A stretch of 64,000 nucleotides of DNA from IMG/VR virus record IMGVR_UViG_3300017917_003143, positions 2,095 through 66,094 of that record. One strand, written 5' to 3'. The notes under the pieces were generated by a model. That model saw only the letters and a list, made by a program, of their open reading frames with translations. It was not told where the DNA came from and made no database searches. Position numbers and translations under genes: made by a program. Origin of the DNA: a virus. Below are positions 27,525 through 37,321 of the stretch, piece by piece. Every line of letters begins with the position of its first letter. Position 1 is the stretch's first letter.

Positions 27525-29711
27525 ATGGCCTGCGCTGGTGCCTTAACCTCCATAGTCATGACCGCGGCCGGGGCATTTATTGCCAACGGAGGCCTCAGTG
27601 AAGTATTTGGATCAGCACCTATTAGTTCGGCCGCAGGTGCAGTAGGTGCCGAAACAGTGGTATCAGCAGGCGGTAGCACCATGTCTACTGCGGCCAGTAC
27701 TGTTTCTGGTGCAGTGGCCACGACCAACACCAGCTGGTTCGGAGAACTCTCTAACACACTGACATCAATGAAAGATTCATTGATTGAATTTACTGCACCC
27801 ATGCGCGAAGCCTGGAGCAATATCGCCAATGCCCCAGTGGCAGCAGGTAATGAAGTATTTTTAAGCACCGTGGGCACATACGGTCCAAAGACAGCTCAAT
27901 TTTTATCAAGCATCACACAAAATGCGTTCCAGACAGCTATCCAGCAAGGTATAACCTGGGCTGGTCAAACCTTGGGCGGTACTGGTCAACTGGTCGCTGG
28001 AATAGTCACAGGTGATCCTAACAAACTTGGGAGCATATTTTCTGCGGCGCAAAGTTATGTTGGCACAGCCAATTCCTTTGTCAACGCGGCCAAGAATGCA
28101 GAAACCTATCTCAACAAAACATTTACTAGCCTTGACAACACTATCACAGCTGGTGTTACCGGAGTATCAAACTGGGTGCAAGGCCTAGGTGATGACATTG
28201 GCAAGTTGGGAGATACTGTCAGTTGGGAGAATCTTAAAAATCTTGGAAGTCCGGGACAACTCATGGCCAACCTTGAAAGCACTGGCAATTTGGGTCCCAT
28301 GTACGAAAAATTAGGCAACATTCCAATAGATCAAAAAACTGCCCAGGAGTTGGGGTATAGATTTGTTACATCAGCCTACGGCTTGGCCACCGGAGCTAAA
28401 AGTACCATCAGGCTGTCAGACTTGGGCATAGATCTCAACACCATAGCTCGACAAGGTGCTAACTTACCGCCATCGTTGCAAAAAGATATCTATGCTACTC
28501 TGGGAACATTAAACTCCACAGAAGTTTCTCAAGTCAAATCACTTTTGAACAATCGTCAGTCATCGGTGATTACTGGACAAGACTTGTTGAACCCACAAAA
28601 ACTTTTTAACAAGAGCTATACTACCTTGACCACACCCATAAGAACAGCCAGTGTGGGATTCCGTGCCATCTACGAAAATGAAACAGGATCTGTAAACCCC
28701 GAGCTGGAGTTTCTTGGTGAAGATCTCAAAGGAATCGTTCCTGATGATATAGCAGTGGCTAACGGTGCGCTGAGTCGCAGTTTCTTGCAGATCAAAGGCA
28801 TACAAAATACCAGCACTGACAGATTGGCTGTTGTTGTTTCTGAAATGGAAAATCTCAAGGATCTTCCTGAATTACAAGATCAAACTGAGTATGTCACGCA
28901 AGGTGTAATTGATTTCTGGCAAGACTATTACGGCAGCGACTACGACATTCCTTTACAGACAGGCAACAACAATACCTTGGTCATTTCTGATGTGATAGGA
29001 TTCGCTGGCGGTTACAACAGTGGCAAACCTATCAATGACAATCTTCCTCTGTACGATGACTTAGTAGCCCAAGGCGCTTTCAACGAGTTCACACAAAGCC
29101 AAGGAATATACGAAACCATACAGACTTTCTGTACAGGCGTATGGACAGCAGAAGATCTCATGGTTCCAGGAGATTGGTACACTACGATTCCGCCAGGATA
29201 CGCTGCCGCTGGTGTATATGGACCTTTTCCTACTCAGGAAGAAGCATTTGAAGATGCTTGGCTCAACGGTATCATACCATACACTGCATTGGCCAACGTG
29301 GATATCTACAATAACTATCAGAAAGCCAAGACAGTGTATAACAATGAAATCACTTGGCAAGATCAGCTCGGTCGCGAATACCTCAACAGACAACGTATAG
29401 ATCTTGATGTCACTGCCATACCACCCAACAACAACACTGCTATCAGTTTCGCAGAAGGTCTTGCATCATATGGCACAGAAACAGAATTTGGCGGACCTGC
29501 CATGTGGTTGGAACGTGTGGCTAACACAGACAGTCTTGGTGGGCAAAGCATAATCGCGGCCATGCGTGAAGGGCGTAACCTCAAGCGATTGAGTGATGCG
29601 AACTTACAGCAAGATGCTCCTATCAGTACCGAAGGCATACAATATCCAGGATCCTTGGTACCAAATCAATACAGCGAGCAAGAAGCCAACGATTTGGTCA
29701 TACGCACATAA
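27525..29711 (+). CDS. large virion structural protein (baseplate/tail-associated)
   Basis: 728 aa. Ala/Gly/Ser/Thr-rich N-terminus. Immediately follows PAAR and is followed by a terminator. Confidence 0.5.
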   Translation: MACAGALTSIVMTAAGAFIANGGLSEVFGSAPISSAAGAVGAETVVSAGGSTMSTAASTVSGAVATTNTSWFGELSNTLTSMKDSLIEFTAPMREAWSNIANAPVAAGNEVFLSTVGTYGPKTAQFLSSITQNAFQTAIQQGITWAGQTLGGTGQLVAGIVTGDPNKLGSIFSAAQSYVGTANSFVNAAKNAETYLNKTFTSLDNTITAGVTGVSNWVQGLGDDIGKLGDTVSWENLKNLGSPGQLMANLESTGNLGPMYEKLGNIPIDQKTAQELGYRFVTSAYGLATGAKSTIRLSDLGIDLNTIARQGANLPPSLQKDIYATLGTLNSTEVSQVKSLLNNRQSSVITGQDLLNPQKLFNKSYTTLTTPIRTASVGFRAIYENETGSVNPELEFLGEDLKGIVPDDIAVANGALSRSFLQIKGIQNTSTDRLAVVVSEMENLKDLPELQDQTEYVTQGVIDFWQDYYGSDYDIPLQTGNNNTLVISDVIGFAGGYNSGKPINDNLPLYDDLVAQGAFNEFTQSQGIYETIQTFCTGVWTAEDLMVPGDWYTTIPPGYAAAGVYGPFPTQEEAFEDAWLNGIIPYTALANVDIYNNYQKAKTVYNNEITWQDQLGREYLNRQRIDLDVTAIPPNNNTAISFAEGLASYGTETEFGGPAMWLERVANTDSLGGQSIIAAMREGRNLKRLSDANLQQDAPISTEGIQYPGSLVPNQYSEQEANDLVIRT

Positions 29712-29733
29712 GTTAGTGCTCACTGACCTTGCT

Positions 29734-29761
29734 AAAACCCTGCTATCAACAGGGTTTTTTT
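29734..29761 (+). terminator. rho-independent terminator
   Basis: AAAACCCTG-ctatcaa-CAGGGTTTT plus T run. Stem sequence related to the 14725 terminator. Confidence 0.85.
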
Positions 29762-29766
29762 GTGGT

Positions 29767-29795
29767 TGACCAGAAATAGCCATTTCGTTATAATA
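29767..29795 (+). promoter_or_regulatory. sigma70-like promoter TTGACC-17-TATAAT with extended TATAATAATAGAAT
   Basis: -35 TTGACC at 29767-29772 and -10 TATAAT at 29790-29795. Same 14-mer as the promoter at 51-64. Confidence 0.7.
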
Positions 29796-29826
29796 ATAGA
29801 ATACAGTAGCAAAACAGGAGCCAGAC

Positions 29827-30075
29827 ATGCGTGAAAAACGAATCATTGCAGGACTAAACAACAGCCAACGAATCCGTGTCATCGTCAATGGTGTGGGCTT
29901 CTATACCACTGTCAAAGGCATGACTGAAATGTGCTTCACCGATCAGCGTGTAGCGGTATGGACTGCTCTCGAACGCATCGCACGTGAAGGCATCCGAGGT
30001 TTCGCAAGTCATATGTCTGTGTATGACAACAACATGAAAAAAACTAACATTGATTTCCAGGTAGACTTGGTTTAA
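29827..30075 (+). CDS. hypothetical protein
   Basis: 82 aa. RBS AGGAG upstream. First gene after the promoter. Confidence 0.45.
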   Translation: MREKRIIAGLNNSQRIRVIVNGVGFYTTVKGMTEMCFTDQRVAVWTALERIAREGIRGFASHMSVYDNNMKKTNIDFQVDLV

Positions 30076-30091
30076 ATAAAAAGGTACAGGC

Positions 30092-31474
30092 ATGACACAG
30101 GCTCGCAATTGGCAAAGTGAAGAATACAACGGACTCAAAGTGGCAGTAGATTGGATACAAGATCTCGAAGGCTCAGACTCTAGGCTACACAAAGAAGCAG
30201 TGATCGAAAAGGCTCTTGTGGCCGCCCGCTTGGGCTCAGCAGGTGCTCAGTGTTTTTTATACAACTGTTACCTGGCCTACAATCCTTATTTCGTCTATGG
30301 TGTTAAGAAGGTTCCTGAAACCTCAGGACTCACAGGCAAGGAAAATCCTTGGACCGAGTTCTGGGCTCTAACAGAAGCTCTGCGTACCCGTAGCATCACT
30401 GGCGGTAAAGCAAAGGACAAGATAGAAGATCTGGCCAACCGTTTCGACTCTGAGGAGTGGAACGGTCTGGCCCGACGTGTGCTAATCAAAGACCTGCGCT
30501 GTGGCATTTCAGAAAAAACCCTCAACAAAGTGCTGGGTAACAGTGAATGGAAGATTCCTGTGTTTACCTGCCAACTGGCGCAGGATTCGGGTGATCACCC
30601 GGCCAAGATGCGAGGCAAGAAGCGCATTGAGTGTAAGCTCGACGGTGTGCGTGTGCTGGCTGTAGTCAGCGGCACCACGGTGAATCTTTACAGTCGCAAT
30701 GGCAAACCCTTTGACAACTTTCCGCAGATCGCAGAAGCCATCGTTGATAGTCGCAAATACTTCCAGCATGGATTGGCGTCAGCAGGACGGTTCGTTCTTG
30801 ATGGCGAAATCGTAGGTGAATCGTTCCAGAAGCTCATGAGAGAAGCGCATCGTAAAAGCGATGCTCGGACCGAAGGCATGGTGTACCATATCTTTGACAT
30901 TATTCCTTTGGAAGATTTCGAACGTGGGTACTGGAACGCACAGCAACACAAACGCCTTGCGCTACTTGATCAGGCAACTGATCGATTGAAAGAAGAAACC
31001 AACTGCTTGCGTATCATGCCAGGCATGGAAGTGGATCTTGACACAGCTGAAGGTCATGACATCATGCGGCGATTCGCTGAAGATGCTGTGGCGGCAGGGT
31101 ATGAAGGTATCATGATCAAGGATGTTGGCGCACCCTATGAATGTAAGCGTAGCAGTTTTTGGATGAAGTGGAAGCCTACTATTACTGTGGATTTGAATAT
31201 TGTTGGTCTCGAAGAAGGCACCGGTCGAAACCAAGGACGTTTAGGTGCTCTGATTTGTGAAGGAGTTGACAATGGACGTGACATTCGGGTTAATGTTGGT
31301 AGCGGTCTTACTGATAGCAATCGTGATGAGTATTGGAACGCCCGCGATGACCTTGTTGGTCGAGTGGTTGAGGTCGAAGCTGACGCGGTAACCCAAAATC
31401 AGGATGGAACCTACAGTCTCCGCTTCCCTAGGTTCATCCGTTTCCGTGGTTGGGAAGCAGGAGAAAAAATATGA
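30092..31474 (+). CDS. ATP-dependent DNA ligase
   Basis: Motif I ECKLDGVR (KxDG), motif IV DGEIV, motif V region. 460 aa. Confidence 0.9.
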   Translation: MTQARNWQSEEYNGLKVAVDWIQDLEGSDSRLHKEAVIEKALVAARLGSAGAQCFLYNCYLAYNPYFVYGVKKVPETSGLTGKENPWTEFWALTEALRTRSITGGKAKDKIEDLANRFDSEEWNGLARRVLIKDLRCGISEKTLNKVLGNSEWKIPVFTCQLAQDSGDHPAKMRGKKRIECKLDGVRVLAVVSGTTVNLYSRNGKPFDNFPQIAEAIVDSRKYFQHGLASAGRFVLDGEIVGESFQKLMREAHRKSDARTEGMVYHIFDIIPLEDFERGYWNAQQHKRLALLDQATDRLKEETNCLRIMPGMEVDLDTAEGHDIMRRFAEDAVAAGYEGIMIKDVGAPYECKRSSFWMKWKPTITVDLNIVGLEEGTGRNQGRLGALICEGVDNGRDIRVNVGSGLTDSNRDEYWNARDDLVGRVVEVEADAVTQNQDGTYSLRFPRFIRFRGWEAGEKI

Positions 31475-31647
31475 TCAGAATGCTGGGTGTTTGGGTTTTA
31501 GTCAGCGTGGTAATCGGTATCCTTATTGTGGCTTTTAGAGAAGCTACTAAAAAGGAAAGATGGGAGTTGACAAAAACTGTGGTCTTTGCTACAATGTGTG
31601 GACTCATTGCCTCAATCCTGTTGGGGTTTATTGTAATACTCTTTTAA
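31471..31647 (+). CDS. small two-TM membrane protein
   Basis: ATGA overlap with the ligase stop. Two hydrophobic helices. 58 aa. Confidence 0.4.
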   Translation: MIRMLGVWVLVSVVIGILIVAFREATKKERWELTKTVVFATMCGLIASILLGFIVILF

Positions 31648-31655
31648 GGAATCTC

Positions 31656-32453
31656 ATGAAACGATCTTTTGCTACTCTTAGCCTCGTTGCCGCCGCAGTT
31701 CTTGCCACCGGTTGTACTCGCATTGAAACCGGTGAGGTTGGTGTGCGTGTTGGGTTTGATAAACAGGTCAAACCAGGTGAACTGCTACCTGGTTCCTTCA
31801 ACCAAGTCATTATCGGTGATGTTCTTACATTCCCTGTCAAGGACGTCAACGTCAAGTTGGACGATATGACTCCTGTTGCTAAAGACAACTCGACTATGAA
31901 GGACCTTGATGCTGTGGTCATTTACAACATCAACCAAGCACAGGTCGCCGAACTGTATAGCCAGAAGAGTCAAGCCTTCCACGCCAAACACAATGGTGAT
32001 ATCTACTTGATGTACAACTACATTGTGCAAACTGCTCGCAACGCTATCTACAAAGAAGCTCGCAAGTATGAAGCTCTGGACATGGCAGACAATCGACAGT
32101 CTATGGAACAGGCTATCAAAGAGCAGATCCAAAAGAGTCTTGCCGAAGAAAAACTCGATGGCAGTTTGGTTGTAAGCCAGGTCTTGATCCGCAACATCGT
32201 ACCTGCTGATAGTGTGGTTGAAAGCGCCAACGCTCTTGTTCGTGCTAAGAACGAATACAAGCAAAAGGAAGTTGAAGTGGCCACTGCCAAGAAAGAAGCA
32301 GAGCGTATGGCCGCCCTGGCTAACAACTCTGCCAGTTCTATCGCGTTCATGAACGCACAGGCCGCACTGAATATCAGTGAAGGTATCAAGAATGGCAAGG
32401 TACAGACCATTGTTGTTCCCAGCAACATGACTGGCTTGATGATTGGCAAGTAA
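31656..32453 (+). CDS. lipoprotein, possibly SPFH/band-7-like
   Basis: Lipobox LATGC after the signal peptide. RBS AAGGA. Ala/Glu-rich C-terminal helices. Confidence 0.5.
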   Translation: MKRSFATLSLVAAAVLATGCTRIETGEVGVRVGFDKQVKPGELLPGSFNQVIIGDVLTFPVKDVNVKLDDMTPVAKDNSTMKDLDAVVIYNINQAQVAELYSQKSQAFHAKHNGDIYLMYNYIVQTARNAIYKEARKYEALDMADNRQSMEQAIKEQIQKSLAEEKLDGSLVVSQVLIRNIVPADSVVESANALVRAKNEYKQKEVEVATAKKEAERMAALANNSASSIAFMNAQAALNISEGIKNGKVQTIVVPSNMTGLMIGK

Positions 32454-32640
32454 TATGTTGTGGACTTTGATACTATTTGCCCATGTTGGTATGATGAGTG
32501 ACAAGGACTCTATGGCATTGACCAATGTCACGGGTTTTAGGACTCAGCAGGAGTGCCGGACTGCTGGCGAAGAAGCCAAGAAAATGGCCGGTGGTACTAC
32601 CAAGGTAATCAAGTTCACCTGCGTTGAAGTGCAACGATGA
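32443..32640 (+). CDS. hypothetical small protein
   Basis: 65 aa ORF bridging neighbours with overlaps. Confidence 0.35.
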   Translation: MASNMLWTLILFAHVGMMSDKDSMALTNVTGFRTQQECRTAGEEAKKMAGGTTKVIKFTCVEVQR

Positions 32641-33113
32641 AACTGTTTGAGAGACACGGCGGTTACTGGTTATTCTGGTGGAGCGCCGTGTATCTCACAG
32701 TGGGATTGTACTGTGCGCTCTATTATAAAGACATACCAGCGGCCGCTGTACAACTACCTTGGTTGTTTGTGATCGCTGGACCTTTGCTTATTCCGCCACT
32801 GGGTAGATGGCTTAACATGTCAGTAGATTGGGATCGTAAAATGTTTGACTGGTTTAAAAAGAAACAATCCAATGTAGTGCCGTTTCCTACTGAGAAGCGA
32901 ACAGAGCAACCACCTGCTCCTCCGCCAGAGCCAGAAAAAGAAAAGCCAACCACAGTTTATTACCGTATTGGAATGGCCAGTGACAATCGTGTCAGTGTAC
33001 AAGTAGGCTATGGTGAGATTACCATGAATGCTCAAGGCGTACAGAACATGATTGATCAACTTGAGTTATTCAAAAGTCAAATCCAAAACAACGAATCTCG
33101 GGGGGACGTCTGA
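32637..33113 (+). CDS. membrane protein with Pro-rich linker
   Basis: Two N-terminal TM helices. PPAPPPEPEKEKP linker. Confidence 0.45.
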   Translation: MKLFERHGGYWLFWWSAVYLTVGLYCALYYKDIPAAAVQLPWLFVIAGPLLIPPLGRWLNMSVDWDRKMFDWFKKKQSNVVPFPTEKRTEQPPAPPPEPEKEKPTTVYYRIGMASDNRVSVQVGYGEITMNAQGVQNMIDQLELFKSQIQNNESRGDV

Positions 33114-33409
33114 TGATTGATTTTGGCATACGACTTCGCAATCCTTTTCCTTGTCGACCGTTTAGGAATATCTGGGCTGGTGCTCGCCAACTTTCAACCT
33201 ACAAGTTTGTTGAACTACAGTTCAGTCGTTACATGTTCAACTGGTTTGAGTTAGCCGTGGACCTCAACTGGCGGCAAACAGATCATGCAGGACCTTGGAT
33301 CACGCTTAACATATTTGGATGGACCATGGATCTGCGTTTGGTAGACAGTCGGCACTGGAATGATGAAACCAATGATTGGGAAACATATGAAAGCTCTACA
33401 GGACCCTAA
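33113..33409 (+). CDS. hypothetical protein
   Basis: 98 aa Trp-rich ORF with ATGA overlap. Confidence 0.4.
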   Translation: MIDFGIRLRNPFPCRPFRNIWAGARQLSTYKFVELQFSRYMFNWFELAVDLNWRQTDHAGPWITLNIFGWTMDLRLVDSRHWNDETNDWETYESSTGP

Positions 33410-33887
33410 TCTAAACTTAGATCAGAAACGATTTCTCAATGAGATCCAAGGCGTCCGCTATGTTGTTATAAACACACAACATGGCGGTTTTGGTTTAAGT
33501 CAACTGGGAATAGAACGCTACCTTGAGATTAAAGGATTAAAGTTTTGGCCGGAAGAGAATGAAAGATTTGGTAGGCTTGTTGGCCCTAGATACTGGCTGG
33601 TGCCTGAAGATCAAAGGCTTGACGATCCCGACGCTACAGAGTGGCATTCCATGACGTTGGCAGAAAGACAACAGCATAATCAACTTTACGGCCAACAGGT
33701 ATTTTGCGATCGTGATTTAGATCGCGATGATCCAGTGTTAGTACAAGTGGTACAGGAGTTGGGTGAAGAAGCCAATACTAGATACAGCAATCTCAAAGTG
33801 GTAGAAATACCTGCTGATGTAGAGTGGCAGATTGAAGAATACGATGGCCTGGAGTGGGTTGCCGAAAAGCATCGTACTTGGGACTGA
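33386..33887 (+). CDS. hypothetical protein
   Basis: ATG with a GGGAAACAT upstream within ORF 33360..33887. Confidence 0.45.
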
Positions 33888-33890
33888 TTT

Positions 33891-34178
33891 GTGTTACAAT
33901 ACAACATGGAACAAAATAAACTACATCGGATCTATGTGACCATTACCACACAGGACCAGTGGTATGCTGTCATGCGAGAGTGCCGCAGTTGGTTTGGAAA
34001 GAATTGGCGCACACAAGGTCGGGTCAAACGCAAATTATCTGAAAACAGTCGGTATGGTCGATCTGCGCCAGCGATTCCGGTGTGGTTTGAAGTACCTGAT
34101 CTAAAGATCGCCACATGGCTGTCAGTGAAATTGAGCCTGCAGGTGGCAGGGGAGGACAAGCATAAAGCCGGTAAATAA
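33891..34178 (+). CDS. hypothetical protein
   Basis: 95 aa basic ORF. Confidence 0.4.
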   Translation: MLQYNMEQNKLHRIYVTITTQDQWYAVMRECRSWFGKNWRTQGRVKRKLSENSRYGRSAPAIPVWFEVPDLKIATWLSVKLSLQVAGEDKHKAGK

Positions 34179-34182
34179 CTCT

Positions 34183-35598
34183 ATGCTCTTGACATATCTT
34201 ATGCTGGGCGTGGCCTTGTGCTTGAGTGCCATCGCTGCCTTTTACTCCATCGTAGGCCTCATGGCTATTTTCGCCGCGGCCGCTATACCCATCGCGATCA
34301 TGGGATCCATATTGGAGATAGCCAAGCTCACGGTCACAGTATGGCTACACGAATACTGGACACAGGTCAAGCGTAGCATGAAACTTTACTTGGTGCCGGC
34401 AGTGGCTGTGTTGATGTTGATTACCTCGATGGGTATTTTTGGTTTCCTATCAAAGGCACACTTAGATCAAGCTGTACCCACAGGCGATGTAGCCGCCAAG
34501 GTAGCACTGATAGATGAAAAGATCAAAACAGAACGAGACAACATAGAAGCCGCTCGCAAGGCCTTGCGACAGATGGATGATGCTGTGGATCAGACCATGG
34601 CACGAAGCAACGATGAAAAAGGTGCCGACAAGGCTGCCAACCTACGTCGTAGTCAGGCACGTGAGAGAACAAATCTACAAAATGACATAGCCCGAGCACA
34701 AGGCGTAATCGCCAAGCTCAATGAAGAAAGAGCACCCATAGCCTCCGAACTGCGTAAGGTCGAAGCTGAAGTAGGACCAGTTAAATATATCGCGGCCTTG
34801 ATCTATGGCGACAATCCTGACACTAACTTACTGGAAAAAGCAGTGCGTTGGGTGATAATCATTTTAGTTTTCGTGTTTGATCCCCTGGCTGTGATGATGT
34901 TGTTGGCTGCCACAGAATCAATAAAATGGGAAAAAGAGCGATCAGCACAACCTCGAAAGGAGGATGAAGATGCCGGCAAATTGGATGATAATGCTGAACC
35001 TGATGCCAAGGATTTGGTTGGATTGGTACCAGCACCTGATGATGACATCAAACCCGTGGCTAATGATCTGGATATCCCCAAAGAACAATGGGGCGGACAA
35101 GACCTGATCCAACGTATAACCACACAACAGCAATCACCTGAACCTGGCCCAGAAGATGATTCTGAAACAGACCCAGAAAAAATAGCTCGCAGGACTTGGA
35201 AAGAACTCAATCCTGACGATACTATACATCGTCAAGAACTATTGTTTGAGCAAGGAAAAATTTCTCAATTACCCTGGAAAGAGTTAATGATCGCTCAAGC
35301 AGATGATGTTGAACACTTTAATAACATTGACTTCGGTACTAAATTTCCTGAGAACCCAGCCAAGGGCGATGCATATATAAGAGTAGATTACCTTCCAACA
35401 AAATTATTCAAATGGAATGGGGTCAAGTGGATAGAAGTAGATAAAAACATAACAGACACCTTTGCCTACAATGACAACTACATAGATCATCTCATAGCCA
35501 AGATCGGATCTGGCGAATACGATCCAGATCTCTTAAATCCCAGTGAACGCGATCAGATTGAACAGCGTTTGCGTAGCAACAACAACCTCAACGGGTAA
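34183..35598 (+). CDS. membrane-anchored coiled-coil protein with acidic C-terminal domain
   Basis: TM helices at the N-terminus and at ~220. Long coiled-coil segment. 471 aa. Confidence 0.5.
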   Translation: MLLTYLMLGVALCLSAIAAFYSIVGLMAIFAAAAIPIAIMGSILEIAKLTVTVWLHEYWTQVKRSMKLYLVPAVAVLMLITSMGIFGFLSKAHLDQAVPTGDVAAKVALIDEKIKTERDNIEAARKALRQMDDAVDQTMARSNDEKGADKAANLRRSQARERTNLQNDIARAQGVIAKLNEERAPIASELRKVEAEVGPVKYIAALIYGDNPDTNLLEKAVRWVIIILVFVFDPLAVMMLLAATESIKWEKERSAQPRKEDEDAGKLDDNAEPDAKDLVGLVPAPDDDIKPVANDLDIPKEQWGGQDLIQRITTQQQSPEPGPEDDSETDPEKIARRTWKELNPDDTIHRQELLFEQGKISQLPWKELMIAQADDVEHFNNIDFGTKFPENPAKGDAYIRVDYLPTKLFKWNGVKWIEVDKNITDTFAYNDNYIDHLIAKIGSGEYDPDLLNPSERDQIEQRLRSNNNLNG

Positions 35599-35601
35599 AC
35601 A

Positions 35602-36801
35602 ATGAATGAATCGTCTCAATATGAAAATTGCAGTTTTTGTAACAAACACAAAGACGAAGTAAAGAAACTGATAGTTGGCAATGGTGTAGCTATATGCAAT
35701 GAATGTGTCGACCTTTGCCAGAGTTTATTGGATGAAGACATCAAGGAAAGACCCAAGGATCTCACTGACATAGATCCACAAGAACTTAAATCCTATCTTG
35801 ATCAATATGTGATAGGTCAGGATCGCGCAAAGATGGTACTGAGCGTGGCCATCTCCAATCATTACAAGCGAATCCAACATCGCGATTCTGATGTAGAAAT
35901 TGACAAAGCCAACATCCTCATGCTTGGACCCACTGGGTCGGGCAAAACCTTGTTGGCCAAAACTGTGGCACGGTATCTCGACGTGCCGTTTGCCATAGCA
36001 GATGCCACATCTGTGACCGAAGCCGGATATGTAGGCGATGATGTAGAAAGCCTGATCCAGCGCCTGCTTACTGCCGCTGGTGGCGATGTAGAAAAATGCC
36101 AACGTGGTATCATATTTGTCGACGAGATCGACAAGATCGCTCGCAAGAGTGAGTCAGCATCAATCACAAGAGATGTTTCGGGAGAAGGTGTACAACAGGC
36201 CTTGCTTAAAATGGTCGAGGGCACTGTTTGTCGCATACCAGCCGCAGGTGGCCGCAAGCATCCAGGCGGTGAAATGCTTGAAGTTGATACCCGTAACATA
36301 CTGTTTATCGCAGGCGGTGCGTTTGTTGGTCTAGACCAGATAGTTAAAAAACGCATGTACGGTACCAGCATGGGCTTTGGTGCCACAGTGAGCCAACCCA
36401 AAGAAATCAGTCTTGAGCACGTGGTACCCGACGACCTTGTGAAGTTTGGATTGATTCCTGAATTCGTGGGTCGATTCCCTAGCTGGGTCAATCTGGATGA
36501 ACTCACCACAGAAGATCTTATCCATGTGCTCACAGATACTAAAAACTCATTGGTCAAGCAATATCAGCACCTTTTTGCCGCAGACAAAGTCGACCTTGAT
36601 TTTGAGCATGAAGCTCTAGAAACTATCGCGAAGAGATCAGCAGATTTTGGAACCGGTGCCCGTGCTCTGCACAGCGAACTTGAGCGTGTGTTGATGCCAC
36701 ACATGTTCAATATCAAACGCTACCGAGACCGTGGAATAAACCGCGTAGTTATTAACAAAGAACAAATAAATAATCCTACACCCGTTTACAAGGAGGAATA
36801 G
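35602..36801 (+). CDS. clpX: ATP-dependent protease ATPase subunit ClpX
   Basis: N-terminal C4 zinc-binding domain (CSFCNK...CNEC). Walker A GPTGSGKTLLAKT, Walker B IFVDEIDKI, sensor and IGF-loop region. Confidence 0.95.
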   Translation: MNESSQYENCSFCNKHKDEVKKLIVGNGVAICNECVDLCQSLLDEDIKERPKDLTDIDPQELKSYLDQYVIGQDRAKMVLSVAISNHYKRIQHRDSDVEIDKANILMLGPTGSGKTLLAKTVARYLDVPFAIADATSVTEAGYVGDDVESLIQRLLTAAGGDVEKCQRGIIFVDEIDKIARKSESASITRDVSGEGVQQALLKMVEGTVCRIPAAGGRKHPGGEMLEVDTRNILFIAGGAFVGLDQIVKKRMYGTSMGFGATVSQPKEISLEHVVPDDLVKFGLIPEFVGRFPSWVNLDELTTEDLIHVLTDTKNSLVKQYQHLFAADKVDLDFEHEALETIAKRSADFGTGARALHSELERVLMPHMFNIKRYRDRGINRVVINKEQINNPTPVYKEE

Positions 36802-36802
36802 T

Positions 36803-37015
36803 TTGGGAAAAAGTGTAGAAGTCCGCGATGGTAATGTAGAAAAAGCTCTACGAAAATTCAAGAAAAAGATACAGAATTCTGGCCTGTTGTTTGAGTTAAA
36901 AGAACGTGAACAGTATGTCAAGCCCACTACAAGACGCAAGCTCAAAGCATCAGCGGCCAAAAAACGCTGGCAAAAATATCTACGTAGCCAACAGCTTCCA
37001 CCCAAACTGTTTTAA
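36803..37015 (+). CDS. rpsU: 30S ribosomal protein S21
   Basis: VEVRDGNVEKALRKFKKK...YVKPTTRRKLKASAAKKR aligns along the full length with bacterial S21. TTG start after AAGGAGG RBS. Confidence 0.9.
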   Translation: MGKSVEVRDGNVEKALRKFKKKIQNSGLLFELKEREQYVKPTTRRKLKASAAKKRWQKYLRSQQLPPKLF

Positions 37016-37233
37016 TGTACATTGTCTTTGATGTCAGATTCCAGCACGAATTAGACACAGTCAAACAGCAGATAGCCGCCTGGGCTGAACGATATCAAAT
37101 ACAGTACACACAAAAAACCATAAAGTATCAGCACCGCCTTGGGCTCAATCGCGACAAAGAATTCACTCTTTTTTCCATGACTTGGGAAGGCATGCCCTAC
37201 AAAATAGTCAATATCGGCAACGAAGGATATTGA
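37015..37233 (+). CDS. hypothetical protein
   Basis: 72 aa ORF with TAATG overlap with rpsU. Confidence 0.4.
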   Translation: MYIVFDVRFQHELDTVKQQIAAWAERYQIQYTQKTIKYQHRLGLNRDKEFTLFSMTWEGMPYKIVNIGNEGY

Positions 37234-37260
37234 CAATCCCAAGAAAATCTGTTATAAATA
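37230..37260 (+). promoter_or_regulatory. sigma70-like promoter TTGACA-17-TATAAATA upstream of hsp20
   Basis: TTGACA at 37230-37235, 17 nt spacer, TATAAATA at 37253-37260. Followed by a conserved ~50 nt leader shared with the gene at 62250. Confidence 0.65.
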
Positions 37261-37321
37261 TACATGTAGGTGCCGATGGTCGGGCCTACATAGTCAAACT
37301 TGCTTAACAAAGGAGAAAATT

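Noticed and set aside
35862-36557. 231-aa minus-strand ORF antisense to clpX; also long antisense ORFs at 31785..32531, 52643..53221, 55162..55833 and 60176..60907
   Set aside because: They lie entirely inside well-supported + strand genes with strong family motifs. Their proteins are low-complexity (Ser/Pro/Arg-rich), typical of antisense frames of coding sequence.
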